A stretch of DNA of 42,190 nt from Nitrospirota bacterium (GCA_046753905.1 JBHHUU010000002.1:1-42190); one strand, 5' to 3'; counted from the stretch's first letter, positions 1 through 6,709 are shown. Program-made: numbers and translations. The notes: generated by a model from the sequence alone, not told the origin.

Positions 1-61
1 GCTTATAAACGAGCAATCCTAAAAAAATCAGTCCATTTTTTTCAGTCCATTATAGTTTTGC

Positions 62-135
62 AACTAACATCTTAAGCTCACTGGTTTTTGCGGAGCGCCA
101 GCGGAGCAAAAATCCAGTGCAGTGATTTGTTATAC
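62..135 (-). repeat. attC site (about 74 nt) closing the DUF4258 / zinc-finger cassette
   Basis: AACTAAC at 62-68 and GTTATAC at 129-135. Inner arms CTCACTGG / CCAGTGCAG pair with one unpaired base. Outer arms ATCTTAAGCTCACTGG ... TCCAGTGCAG are shared with the attC at 1851-1983. The stop codon of ORF 130-369 lies inside the 129-135 box. Confidence 0.7.
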
Positions 136-369
136 TTTTTCTACAAAGTTGAATACTGGAACTTCAATTGTTTTTACTGGATGAAATTGGTTTTTTACAA
201 ACTTCAAAAGGTCATCTGTGACGGCTGGAGAATAAGTTTTTTCACCACAGCTAGTACAAACTTCAGCAGGTACATCTTCCACAAAAATATATTTATGCTT
301 ATCCTCATCCTCATAACTAAATGTTACATTAGCTTTTTCTATCTTACCTCCACAAAATACACATTTCAT
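130..369 (-). CDS. YgiT-type zinc-finger (MqsA N-terminal-like) small protein, putative antitoxin partner of the upstream DUF4258 gene
   Basis: 79 aa with two CxxC pairs (CVFCGG ... CTSCGE). It starts 6 nt after the DUF4258 ORF on the same strand. Family call is from memory of this architecture. Confidence 0.6.
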   Translation of the reverse strand: MKCVFCGGKIEKANVTFSYEDEDKHKYIFVEDVPAEVCTSCGEKTYSPAVTDDLLKFVKNQFHPVKTIEVPVFNFVEKV

Positions 370-375
370 AAAAAA

Positions 376-675
376 TTACCTCCTTATTTTACAGTCAATC
401 CATTCTTCTGGATCAGGACCATAGGTAGTAATAATAACTACTGATGGTGGAAGCGATAATTGAACATGAATATCTTTTCCATTTTCAGTTTTCCCATATA
501 TCAGACAACTTGGGGAATATTTATCCTTTGGATATTCTTCAATGATTTCTCCCATCATTACAGTTTCTACAATCTCCTGCCTGTCTATTGATCTTTTAAT
601 CATTCGCTTCACAGCATGATCTGAAATACGATACTCTCCTTTTAATATTTTATCCTGTATTGGCTTAATTTCCAT
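376..675 (-). CDS. DUF4258 family protein (toxin-like)
   Basis: 99 aa. ISDHAVKRMIKRSI ... GEIIEEYPKDK ... CLIYGKTENGKDIHVQ resembles the DUF4258 pattern and parallels the paralog at 2273-2596. Confidence 0.6.
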   Translation of the reverse strand: MEIKPIQDKILKGEYRISDHAVKRMIKRSIDRQEIVETVMMGEIIEEYPKDKYSPSCLIYGKTENGKDIHVQLSLPPSVVIITTYGPDPEEWIDCKIRR

Positions 676-700
676 ATGTTTTTTTTATTTAAAGTTTAAA

Positions 701-763
701 GTCTAACTTTTGGCATAAGGTGCCGCTTTTTTTTGCGGTCACTTCTTCATGCCATTGTTAGGA
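701..763 (-). repeat. attC site (about 63 nt) closing the membrane-protein cassette
   Basis: GTCTAAC at 701-707 and GTTAGGA at 757-763. Internal imperfect palindrome GGCATAAGGTGCCGC-T8-GCGGTCACTTCTTCATGCC. It lies directly after the stop of ORF 767-1318. Confidence 0.65.
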
Positions 764-766
764 TTT

Positions 767-1318
767 TTAATAAACAGTTGAGACGGTATATTTTTTGTCT
801 CCAACCATAGCTGTATATTCTAAAATAAAATATTTGTTGCATCTAAACAACTTGCGAAAAATATTAGACTTAAATTGATAAAACGTGTTAGGCAACTCAT
901 TCTCCAACGCTATTGAGGTTTTTACGGTTTGGTCCGTCTGAATTACTATCTGGCTGTGAACATATTGCCCGGAAGTTTTATCCATTACTTTAATTATATA
1001 AGAACTCTCAGAAATATCTCTATCTGCATTACTGGTGATATTAAGATTTTTAGTACTTTTTTTTAACCGAAAGAGTGTTAAATACACAACTGAACCAGTA
1101 TTATTCTTAAAATTAATGTCAAAAGCAGGGTATTGCCGTTGATTTATTAAAATATTAGCTCTCGATAAAAATACCTCCAAATTTGAAATATTTTGAACTT
1201 TCCTTTTATTCCATAAAAAAATAACAACTGGCCACACTGCAGCTGTGAAAGAAAAAATCACCCAATTTGGGAGGTCATTCTCTTGAAGCCAAGAATAGAA
1301 GTTGACAAGTTTTTCCAT
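767..1318 (-). CDS. Hypothetical single-pass membrane protein; no family recognised
   Basis: The ORF track gives 767-1390. I prefer Met25 (ATG at 1318) because the longer form overlaps hicB by 53 nt and crosses a cassette-boundary-like box at 1336-1342. It has one hydrophobic helix (WVIFSFTAAVWPVVIFLW) followed by about 140 aa of polar, beta-looking sequence. Confidence 0.5.
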   Translation of the reverse strand: MEKLVNFYSWLQENDLPNWVIFSFTAAVWPVVIFLWNKRKVQNISNLEVFLSRANILINQRQYPAFDINFKNNTGSVVYLTLFRLKKSTKNLNITSNADRDISESSYIIKVMDKTSGQYVHSQIVIQTDQTVKTSIALENELPNTFYQFKSNIFRKLFRCNKYFILEYTAMVGDKKYTVSTVY

Positions 1319-1335
1319 CAGATTTATTGCTTCAC

Positions 1336-1365
1336 TCCTAACGACAGAGTTCACTGGCGACTCGT
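1336..1365 (-). repeat. Relic attC arm (R'/L' side only) overlapping the hicB 3' end
   Basis: TCCTAAC at 1336-1342 is followed by GACAGAGTTCACTGGCGAC. TCACTGGCGAC is the same arm sequence as in the attC at 1851-1983 (the attC at 2628-2757 shares only CTGGCGAC). No convincing partner arm was found. Confidence 0.4.
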
Positions 1366-1619
1366 TCCTTGGTCTCTGCCACATCGACATAGGTGAATAA
1401 TAAATCTTTAAAATCCGGATTCTCCAAATGCGTTAAGACCGGCTTCCTCTCGGGAACTTCTTGTACGGCTTCTTGATAGGCATCCAGGTTTATTTGGATG
1501 GCTTTGATGGCAGCTTGTTTGGCCGTGTCAAGACTTTCTCCATACGTTACGATGGCTAAATCAGGCACCTGAACGGAAAAACCCGCTTCCGTTGGTTCCA
1601 ACATAATTAGAAACCGCAT
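1338..1619 (-). CDS. hicB: HicB-like antitoxin (UPF0150 fold)
   Basis: 93 aa. MRFLIMLEPTEAGFSVQVPDLAIVTYGESLDTAKQAAIKAI matches the HicB N-terminal pattern. Its start overlaps the hicA stop by 1 nt. Confidence 0.75.
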   Translation of the reverse strand: MRFLIMLEPTEAGFSVQVPDLAIVTYGESLDTAKQAAIKAIQINLDAYQEAVQEVPERKPVLTHLENPDFKDLLFTYVDVAETKERVASELCR

Positions 1620-1819
1620 TACTTTACCTCCAGTTTAATCTTCTTCACCGTATCAACGGCTCGCCCCACCGGAACATCTTTTTGCGGATGAACGATGGTG
1701 ACGACAAACCGACTCTCCGGATGCTTAAAATTGTAATGATCGCCTTTGATGTTAACCCGCGTCCAACCAAATTCCTTGGCCAGATTAATTAGTTCCCGAC
1801 TGGTATATCGTTTCGGCAT
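1619..1819 (-). CDS. hicA: HicA mRNA interferase toxin (YcfA family)
   Basis: The ORF track starts at 1879, inside the attC. I use Met21 (MPKRYTSRELINLAKEFGWTRVNIKGDHYNFKHP), the typical HicA length and motif. Confidence 0.8.
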   Translation of the reverse strand: MPKRYTSRELINLAKEFGWTRVNIKGDHYNFKHPESRFVVTIVHPQKDVPVGRAVDTVKKIKLEVK

Positions 1820-1850
1820 ATTATCAGCGACAAGGATTTTGATTCCACGT

Positions 1851-1983
1851 GGACAACATCTTAAGCTCACTGGCGACAACCGATAGGACGATTAAGTCTT
1901 GATTAACCACAACGGATTAACGACAGACAAGGTCAGGAAAATCAAGCCAGCGGGTTGGCGTCCAGTGCAGCGTTGGGTTAGGC
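1851..1983 (-). repeat. attC site, long class (about 133 nt)
   Basis: GGACAAC at 1851-1857 and GTTAGGC at 1977-1983. Arms CTCACTGGCGACAACCGATAGGACGAT ... GCGGGTTGGCGTCCAGTGCAGCGTTGGGTTAGGC are nearly identical to those of 2628-2757, and the centre differs. Confidence 0.75.
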
Positions 1984-2025
1984 GATGATGCTCTGTAAAT
2001 CTGTGAAATGTGGAGACCTGACCGA

Positions 2026-2060
2026 CCCTCCTCTTGTTTCCCTCCTGTTTCCTCCTGTTT
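2026..2060 (-). repeat. Three tandem approximately 10-nt units, each containing a Shine-Dalgarno-like AGGAGG (minus strand)
   Basis: The + strand reads CCTCCTCTTGTTT C CCTCCTGTTT CCTCCTGTTT, directly after the stop codon (2061-2063) of ORF 2061-2276. Confidence 0.6.
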
Positions 2061-2276
2061 TTAAATAACAATTGGATGCAATTCATACACCCTTGCCTTT
2101 TTTACAGCTGTTTTTAGATCACCACTCCTTAAAGCCTCCCTTACATCATCTAGCTTGTAAGCGTCTTCAAGCGAGAGATATGGAGACCATTCATCATCAT
2201 TAACAATCAACTCAACATCAACTTCTGCTACATACTTTCCTTCATAAATATATTTCGTTTTCTTTCGAGTCTTCAT
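2061..2276 (-). CDS. Small hypothetical protein, likely antitoxin-type partner of DUF4258 gene 2273-2596
   Basis: 71 aa and acidic. Its start overlaps the upstream ORF stop by 4 nt (ATGA-type coupling). No family recognised. Confidence 0.5.
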   Translation of the reverse strand: MKTRKKTKYIYEGKYVAEVDVELIVNDDEWSPYLSLEDAYKLDDVREALRSGDLKTAVKKARVYELHPIVI

Positions 2277-2596
2277 CGTTTTCGCTCCGTAAAACTGTCA
2301 TTCCATCGCTGAGGATCAGGCCGATAAGCTGTTACAAGAACAGCCGGACGGTTGTGGCCTATTGGTATACCCCAAACTACATGTACAGGGTTTCCGTTAC
2401 CATCACTTTGTAAAACAAGGATTGAAGTGCCTTTTGGATAGTTGGGATAATCTTCTATCAATACAGCGTTTTTGATACCTTCCACAATTTCTCTGGCGAT
2501 GAGATTATCATTAGCAAGTTCATCATATCCATGCTCGGATATGCGTACATCGCAAGATTCAACAAGTTCTTTGATCCCTTCTAAGGTGTTACTCAC
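2273..2596 (-). CDS. DUF4258 family protein (toxin-like), second paralog
   Basis: 107 aa. ISEHGYDELANDNLIAREIVEGIKNAVLIEDYPNYPKGTSILVLQSDGNGNPVHVVWG parallels ORF 376-675. Confidence 0.6.
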   Translation of the reverse strand: MSNTLEGIKELVESCDVRISEHGYDELANDNLIAREIVEGIKNAVLIEDYPNYPKGTSILVLQSDGNGNPVHVVWGIPIGHNRPAVLVTAYRPDPQRWNDSFTERKR

Positions 2597-2627
2597 ACGC
2601 TATCCTGATTTCTTTGTATATTTTTGC

Positions 2628-2757
2628 AACTAACGTCTGTGTTCTCTGGCGACAACTGATAGGACGATAAGCCTTGATTAACCACAATGCGTTAACGACT
2701 AAAAAACCTTGCAATTAGCGCCTGCGGGTTGGCGTCCAGTGCAGTGTTGGGTTAGGC
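2628..2757 (-). repeat. attC site, long class (about 130 nt)
   Basis: AACTAAC at 2628-2634 and GTTAGGC at 2751-2757. It shares arm sequences with 1851-1983. Confidence 0.75.
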
Positions 2758-2883
2758 GATGATACTTCCAATATTGGCAACTACTTATTTATTGCCCTCT
2801 GGATATGATATTACCTGTCAGGGTTATTTCTCTCACTTTTCATATTGGGATTACCACATACCGTCTCCTAAAAACTTTGAAAA

Positions 2884-2923
2884 GCCTACCGCTCCCGCCG
2901 TCTGCTGCAACGCTGGGTTAGGC
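2884..2923 (-). repeat. Short or degenerate attC-like site closing the DUF4160/DUF2442 cassette
   Basis: AGCCTACC at 2883-2890 pairs with GGTTAGGCT at 2916-2924. The stop of ORF 2918-3184 lies inside GTTAGGC (2917-2923). At about 40 nt it is shorter than normal attC sites. The true left end may be the GCAACTAC box at 2777-2784. Confidence 0.4.
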
Positions 2924-3184
2924 TATTGGTTGCATTCTCAATAAGTGTCGCACTTCAATGCCGTCGTCTAACTCCTCCCAGTAAATAGCAAAGCCTCCTG
3001 GCTCAAGAGACCATTTAGCCCGTTGCTCTGAAGTGGCTTTTGCTAACCAATCTAACCATTCCACTTGGTCTATTGCCAAACTTATCTCTCTGCCATCGCT
3101 GAGGGATACACGGAGCGTGTTACCAGCAAAGTGGACATCGGTTGCTCCAACCTCCTCTATGACTTTACTTGCTAAAGTAGCCAT
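2918..3184 (-). CDS. DUF2442 family protein
   Basis: 88 aa. ...LRVSLSDGREISLAI ... WLAKATSEQRAKWSLEPGGFAIYWEELDDGI matches the DUF2442 pattern. It overlaps the upstream DUF4160 ORF by 20 nt. Confidence 0.65.
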   Translation of the reverse strand: MATLASKVIEEVGATDVHFAGNTLRVSLSDGREISLAIDQVEWLDWLAKATSEQRAKWSLEPGGFAIYWEELDDGIEVRHLLRMQPIA

Positions 3185-3407
3185 TCCATACCTCCAATAA
3201 TCTATCCTGATTCTGGCGTGTTAATTTCAAAATACGGTTCAATTCGGCTGGGTTATAGCCATGACTGTATTCTACCACCACAGGCTGAAGCCAAATTTTG
3301 GCTTCATTTTCACCATGCAAAACATGAACATGTGGTGGTTCGTTTATATCAGAAGAATAGAACCGGAATTTGCAACCGCCAATTAAGCTTGTTGGCATTG
3401 TAAACAC
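3165..3407 (-). CDS. DUF4160 family protein
   Basis: 80 aa. KFRFYSSDINEPPHVHVLHGENEAKIWL matches the DUF4160 signature. It is the first ORF after attI. Confidence 0.65.
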   Translation of the reverse strand: MFTMPTSLIGGCKFRFYSSDINEPPHVHVLHGENEAKIWLQPVVVEYSHGYNPAELNRILKLTRQNQDRLLEVWNGYFSK

Positions 3408-3439
3408 TCTTCAACTTTGGATAAAACCTTTGGTTTATA

Positions 3440-3470
3440 TTGTATGAGCCTAACGACTGCTTAACATAGT
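3440..3470 (-). other. attI region (candidate crossover boxes)
   Basis: GCCTAAC at 3448-3454 and GCTTAAC at 3459-3465 read GTTAGGC / GTTAAGC on the cassette strand. They lie between the first cassette ORF and intI. CCTAACGAC recurs at the relic boundary 1337-1345. Confidence 0.5.
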
Positions 3471-3477
3471 TATTTGC

Positions 3478-3515
3478 CCTGATAATTTGCATTTTTTGAT
3501 ATTATCAGGTATAAT
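3478..3515 (+). promoter_or_regulatory. Candidate intI promoter (TTGCAT-17-TATAAT) bracketed by a perfect 9-bp inverted repeat
   Basis: -35 TTGCAT at 3487-3492, -10 TATAAT at 3510-3515, 17-nt spacer. CCTGATAAT at 3478-3486 is the exact reverse complement of ATTATCAGG at 3501-3509. Confidence 0.5.
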
Positions 3516-3606
3516 TGCCTTGTGTTATATGCGTATAAATCCTTCTTTCTTATAAGGAAATTATTCTTTTAAAAATATATTTTTAGTTTAACAGAGGAGG
3601 CAGTGG

Positions 3607-4593
3607 ATGTCAACAGAAAAAAAGAAGAAATTGCTTGAGGAGGTACGGGAGTTTATGCGTCTAAGACATTATTCAATTCATACCGAGCGGACTTATTGTG
3701 AGTGGATCACGCGTTATATCCGTTATCACAAGATGCGTAAGAGGGAGGATTTACAGGGGGGTGAAAAGAAAATAGAGGATTTTTTGACCCATCTGGCTGT
3801 GAAGGAGGGTGTTGCCCCTGCTACCCAGAATTTAGCTATGAATGCCCTGGTCTTTTTGTACAGACAGATATTGAAAGTTCCGTTACAGGAAGAGATAAAT
3901 ACTATAAGGGCTGCGAAAAAGAGGCATATTCCTGTTGTTTTAACACGCAATGAGGTGTGTCAGGTAATTGATCTGCTTGAAGGAAGCCCTCAGCTTATTG
4001 TCAAATTATTATATGGCAGTGGGCTTAGGATTATGGAAGCGGTAAGGCTTCGGGTGAAGGATGTTGATTACAGTATGAAACAGTTGACTGTTCGCTCTGG
4101 AAAGGGGGCTAAAGATCGTGTTACAACTTTTCCTCAGTCTCTTATTCCATTGTTGGAAAATCATTTGGCTAAGGTTAAGGTGCTGCATCAGCAGGATTTG
4201 GTTCAGGGATATGGTGAGGTCTACTTACCCTATGCACTGGCGCGTAAATACCCCAATGCGGCTAAGGAATGGGGATGGCAATATATATTTCCTTCACGAC
4301 AGCTCTCTAAAGATCCGAGAAGCAGAAAGGTGCGAAGACATCATGTTGATCCAAGTGTGGTTAATAAGGCTATTAAGTCTGCTGTTAAAAAGATAGGATT
4401 GAGAAAGCGAATAAGCGCTCATACTTTTCGTCATAGTTTTGCTACTCATCTACTGGAGCGAGGCACTGATATTCGGACTATTCAGGCTTTGATGGGGCAT
4501 AAAGATATCTCAACAACTATGATTTATACTCATATCTTACAACAGGGAGGCTATGGAGTTCTAAGTCCTCTGGATGATTTGAGGGAATATTGA
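3607..4593 (+). CDS. intI: Integron integrase
   Basis: 328 aa. RHRY catalytic residues are in context ([32 protein letters not shown]). The IntI-specific extra segment is present: [24 protein letters not shown]...[12 protein letters not shown]. The C-terminus [12 protein letters not shown] resembles IntI1. RBS GAGGAGG lies 6 nt upstream. Confidence 0.92.
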   Translation: MSTEKKKKLLEEVREFMRLRHYSIHTERTYCEWITRYIRYHKMRKREDLQGGEKKIEDFLTHLAVKEGVAPATQNLAMNALVFLYRQILKVPLQEEINTIRAAKKRHIPVVLTRNEVCQVIDLLEGSPQLIVKLLYGSGLRIMEAVRLRVKDVDYSMKQLTVRSGKGAKDRVTTFPQSLIPLLENHLAKVKVLHQQDLVQGYGEVYLPYALARKYPNAAKEWGWQYIFPSRQLSKDPRSRKVRRHHVDPSVVNKAIKSAVKKIGLRKRISAHTFRHSFATHLLERGTDIRTIQALMGHKDISTTMIYTHILQQGGYGVLSPLDDLREY

Positions 4594-4625
4594 GATCGCC
4601 TTAGCTTTATCAATTCGCTTAGATA

Positions 4626-4654
4626 TTGCAAAAATTATAACTATTTTTTATAAT
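4626..4654 (+). promoter_or_regulatory. Candidate sigma-70 promoter for the Bat operon (TTGCAA-17-TATAAT)
   Basis: -35 at 4626-4631, -10 at 4649-4654, about 180 nt upstream of the MoxR start. The region is AT-rich, so chance matches are possible. Confidence 0.35.
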
Positions 4655-4836
4655 TCTCTTTTTAACAGTCTATGTAGTAGGTTTGTTTTTCTAAGAGCTT
4701 CTTTTTCACCTTAATATAAAAAGAATTCATTAAAAATTGTTTGGTTTAAAGAAATTAAAGCCCACTTAGATAGTTCTAACTATTTTCATGGTGGGGAGAA
4801 TCTGGCATGGATCAAAATAATAAGGAGGGCAAATAG

Positions 4837-5832
4837 ATGATAGGTGGAGGGATAACAGCAATAAATGAAAAGATAAAGGAGGAGAGTATATTTATACAGA
4901 ATCTTACAGCAGAACTTGACAGGGTAATTGTTGGGCAGAGGTATCTTATTGAGAGGGTTATGGTAGGGCTTCTTGGCAATGGGCATATACTTGTTGAGGG
5001 TGTGCCCGGTCTTGCTAAGACAACGGTGATAAAGGCATTGTCCAGAACAATAAAGGCAGATTTTCAGAGGTTGCAGTTTACTCCTGACCTTTTGCCTGCG
5101 GATATTATAGGAACGCTGATTTATAATCCAAAGGACGGGAGTTTTCATACAAAAAAAGGACCGATATTTGCCAATATTATACTTGCAGATGAGATAAACA
5201 GGGCACCTGCCAAGGTGCAGTCTGCCCTTTTAGAGGCTATGGAAGAGAGACAGGTTACTATAGGAGATAATACCTTTCATCTGGATGAGCCTTTTCTTGT
5301 AATGGCTACACAGAATCCAATAGAACAGGAGGGGACATATCCTCTGCCAGAGGCTCAGGTTGACAGGTTTATGCTTAAGGTAAATATCACATACCCCACC
5401 ATAGAAGAGGAGCATAAGATCCTCCAGAGGATGAGTTTTACTGATAAGAGGATTGAGGTAAATCAGGTCATTACTTCTGAGGATATTATGAAGGCAAGAA
5501 AGGTGGTGGATGAGGTCTATATGGATGAAAAGATTGAGAGATATATCTTGGATATTATATTTGCCACAAGAGAACCTGACAGATATAAACTGAATGACCT
5601 GACAAGCCTTATCCAGTATGGTGCATCACCACGCGCTACTATCTATCTTACTGTTGCCTCTAAGGCTTATGCTTTTATTCAGGGGAGGGGATATGTAACA
5701 CCCCAAGATGTGAAGTATATAGGACCTGATATATTAAGACACAGGGTGATTGTAAGTTATGAGGCTGAGGCTGAGGAGATGATATCAGACGATATTATAA
5801 AGAGGATATTTGAAGAGATAGAGGTTCCCTGA
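4837..5832 (+). CDS. MoxR-family AAA+ ATPase
   Basis: 331 aa. Walker A GVPGLAKT, Walker B ILADEINRA, and QNPIEQEGTYPLPEAQVDRF, typical of MoxR. RBS AAGGAGGG upstream. Confidence 0.9.
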   Translation: MIGGGITAINEKIKEESIFIQNLTAELDRVIVGQRYLIERVMVGLLGNGHILVEGVPGLAKTTVIKALSRTIKADFQRLQFTPDLLPADIIGTLIYNPKDGSFHTKKGPIFANIILADEINRAPAKVQSALLEAMEERQVTIGDNTFHLDEPFLVMATQNPIEQEGTYPLPEAQVDRFMLKVNITYPTIEEEHKILQRMSFTDKRIEVNQVITSEDIMKARKVVDEVYMDEKIERYILDIIFATREPDRYKLNDLTSLIQYGASPRATIYLTVASKAYAFIQGRGYVTPQDVKYIGPDILRHRVIVSYEAEAEEMISDDIIKRIFEEIEVP

Positions 5833-6707
5833 TGATACCTAAGGATGTAATTAAAAATATACGCCGTATTCAGATAACCACTTCAAGGATGGTTACAGAT
5901 ATATTTGCAGGACACTATCACAGTGCATTTAAGGGCAGAGGCATGGAATTCAGCGAGGTGCGGGAGTATCAGCCGGGTGATGATATCCGTTCCATAGACT
6001 GGAATGTTACTGCAAAGATGGGCAATCCATATATAAAAAAGTTTGTTGAGGAGAGGGAGCTGACTGTTATGGTAATCATGGATATATCGCTTTCATCTGT
6101 ATTTGCCACAACAGGACAGATTAAGAGTAAGTTATCTGCTGAGATATGCTCTCTCCTGTCACTCTCTGCTCTCCAGAACAATGACAAAATAGGGCTTATT
6201 CTCTTTACTGACAGGATAGAGAAGTTTGTCCCCCCCAGAAAGGGGATGCAGCATGTATTAAGACTCATCCGTGAGGCAATATATTTTAAGCCTGAGGGGA
6301 GGGGGACTGATATAAGAACTGCTCTTGAATATCTCAGTAAGATAGCATCACGAAGGACAGTTGTATTTATTATATCTGATTTTTATGCCCCTGATTTTAA
6401 GAAGGCTATCTCTATTGCCAACAGGCGGCATGATATTGTAGCTATAACTATAACTGATCCTGTGGAATTTGATCTGCCTAATATCGGTATAGTGCAGTTA
6501 GAAGAGGCAGAGACAGGGATGGAGTTTTTGATAGATACATCTGATCCTTTTGTAAGGAAGGAGTACAATAAAAGGGCAGACAGGCTCTTTGATGAGAGGA
6601 AGAGGCTTTTTAATTCTGTGGGTGTGGATAATATAGATATTCGTACAGATATTCCCTATGCTCAATCTCTGGTAAGGTTTTTCAGAAAGAGGGAGAGGAG
6701 GAGATAG
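5832..6707 (+). CDS. DUF58 protein (VWA-like, MoxR partner)
   Basis: 291 aa. GxxxSxFKGRGMEFSEVREYQPGDDIRSIDWNVTAK is the DUF58 signature. Its start overlaps the MoxR stop (ATGA). Confidence 0.85.
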   Translation: MIPKDVIKNIRRIQITTSRMVTDIFAGHYHSAFKGRGMEFSEVREYQPGDDIRSIDWNVTAKMGNPYIKKFVEERELTVMVIMDISLSSVFATTGQIKSKLSAEICSLLSLSALQNNDKIGLILFTDRIEKFVPPRKGMQHVLRLIREAIYFKPEGRGTDIRTALEYLSKIASRRTVVFIISDFYAPDFKKAISIANRRHDIVAITITDPVEFDLPNIGIVQLEEAETGMEFLIDTSDPFVRKEYNKRADRLFDERKRLFNSVGVDNIDIRTDIPYAQSLVRFFRKRERRR

Positions 6708-6709
6708 AG

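Larger units (their letters stand above)
1..4593. mobile_element. Chromosomal (sedentary-type) integron: intI (+), divergent attI, and at least six cassettes on the minus strand running off the left edge
   Basis: A tyrosine recombinase with the integron-specific extra segment lies at 3607-4593. Upstream of it, minus-strand ORF groups are separated by imperfect palindromes. On the + strand these are bounded by RYYYAAC-like boxes on the left and GTTRRRY-like boxes on the right (62-135, 701-763, 1851-1983, 2628-2757, 2884-2923). Confidence 0.85.

Noticed and set aside
88-444. 118-aa + strand ORF across the first cassette
   Set aside because: It is antisense to two well-supported minus-strand genes and starts inside an attC. 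Its composition is low-complexity and Phe/Tyr/Ile-rich, typical of a shadow frame in AT-rich DNA.
1892-2086. 64-aa minus-strand ORF
   Set aside because: It lies almost entirely within the 133-nt attC and the tandem SD-like repeat. Its Arg/Gln-rich sequence looks like translated palindrome.
2759-2944. 61-aa + strand ORF in the ORF-less spacer
   Set aside because: It is oriented opposite to all cassettes, has no RBS, and runs through the attC-like site at 2884-2923 and the 2918-2920 stop codon of the DUF2442 ORF.
3408-3606. Canonical LexA box (CTGT-N8-ACAG) and a defined Pc cassette promoter
   Set aside because: No CTGT-N8-ACAG is present. The minus strand offers several weak AT-rich hexamer pairs but none convincing, so no Pc call was made.
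4786-5148. 120-aa minus-strand ORF overlapping the MoxR start
   Set aside because: It is antisense to a strongly supported AAA+ gene and has no recognisable motifs.
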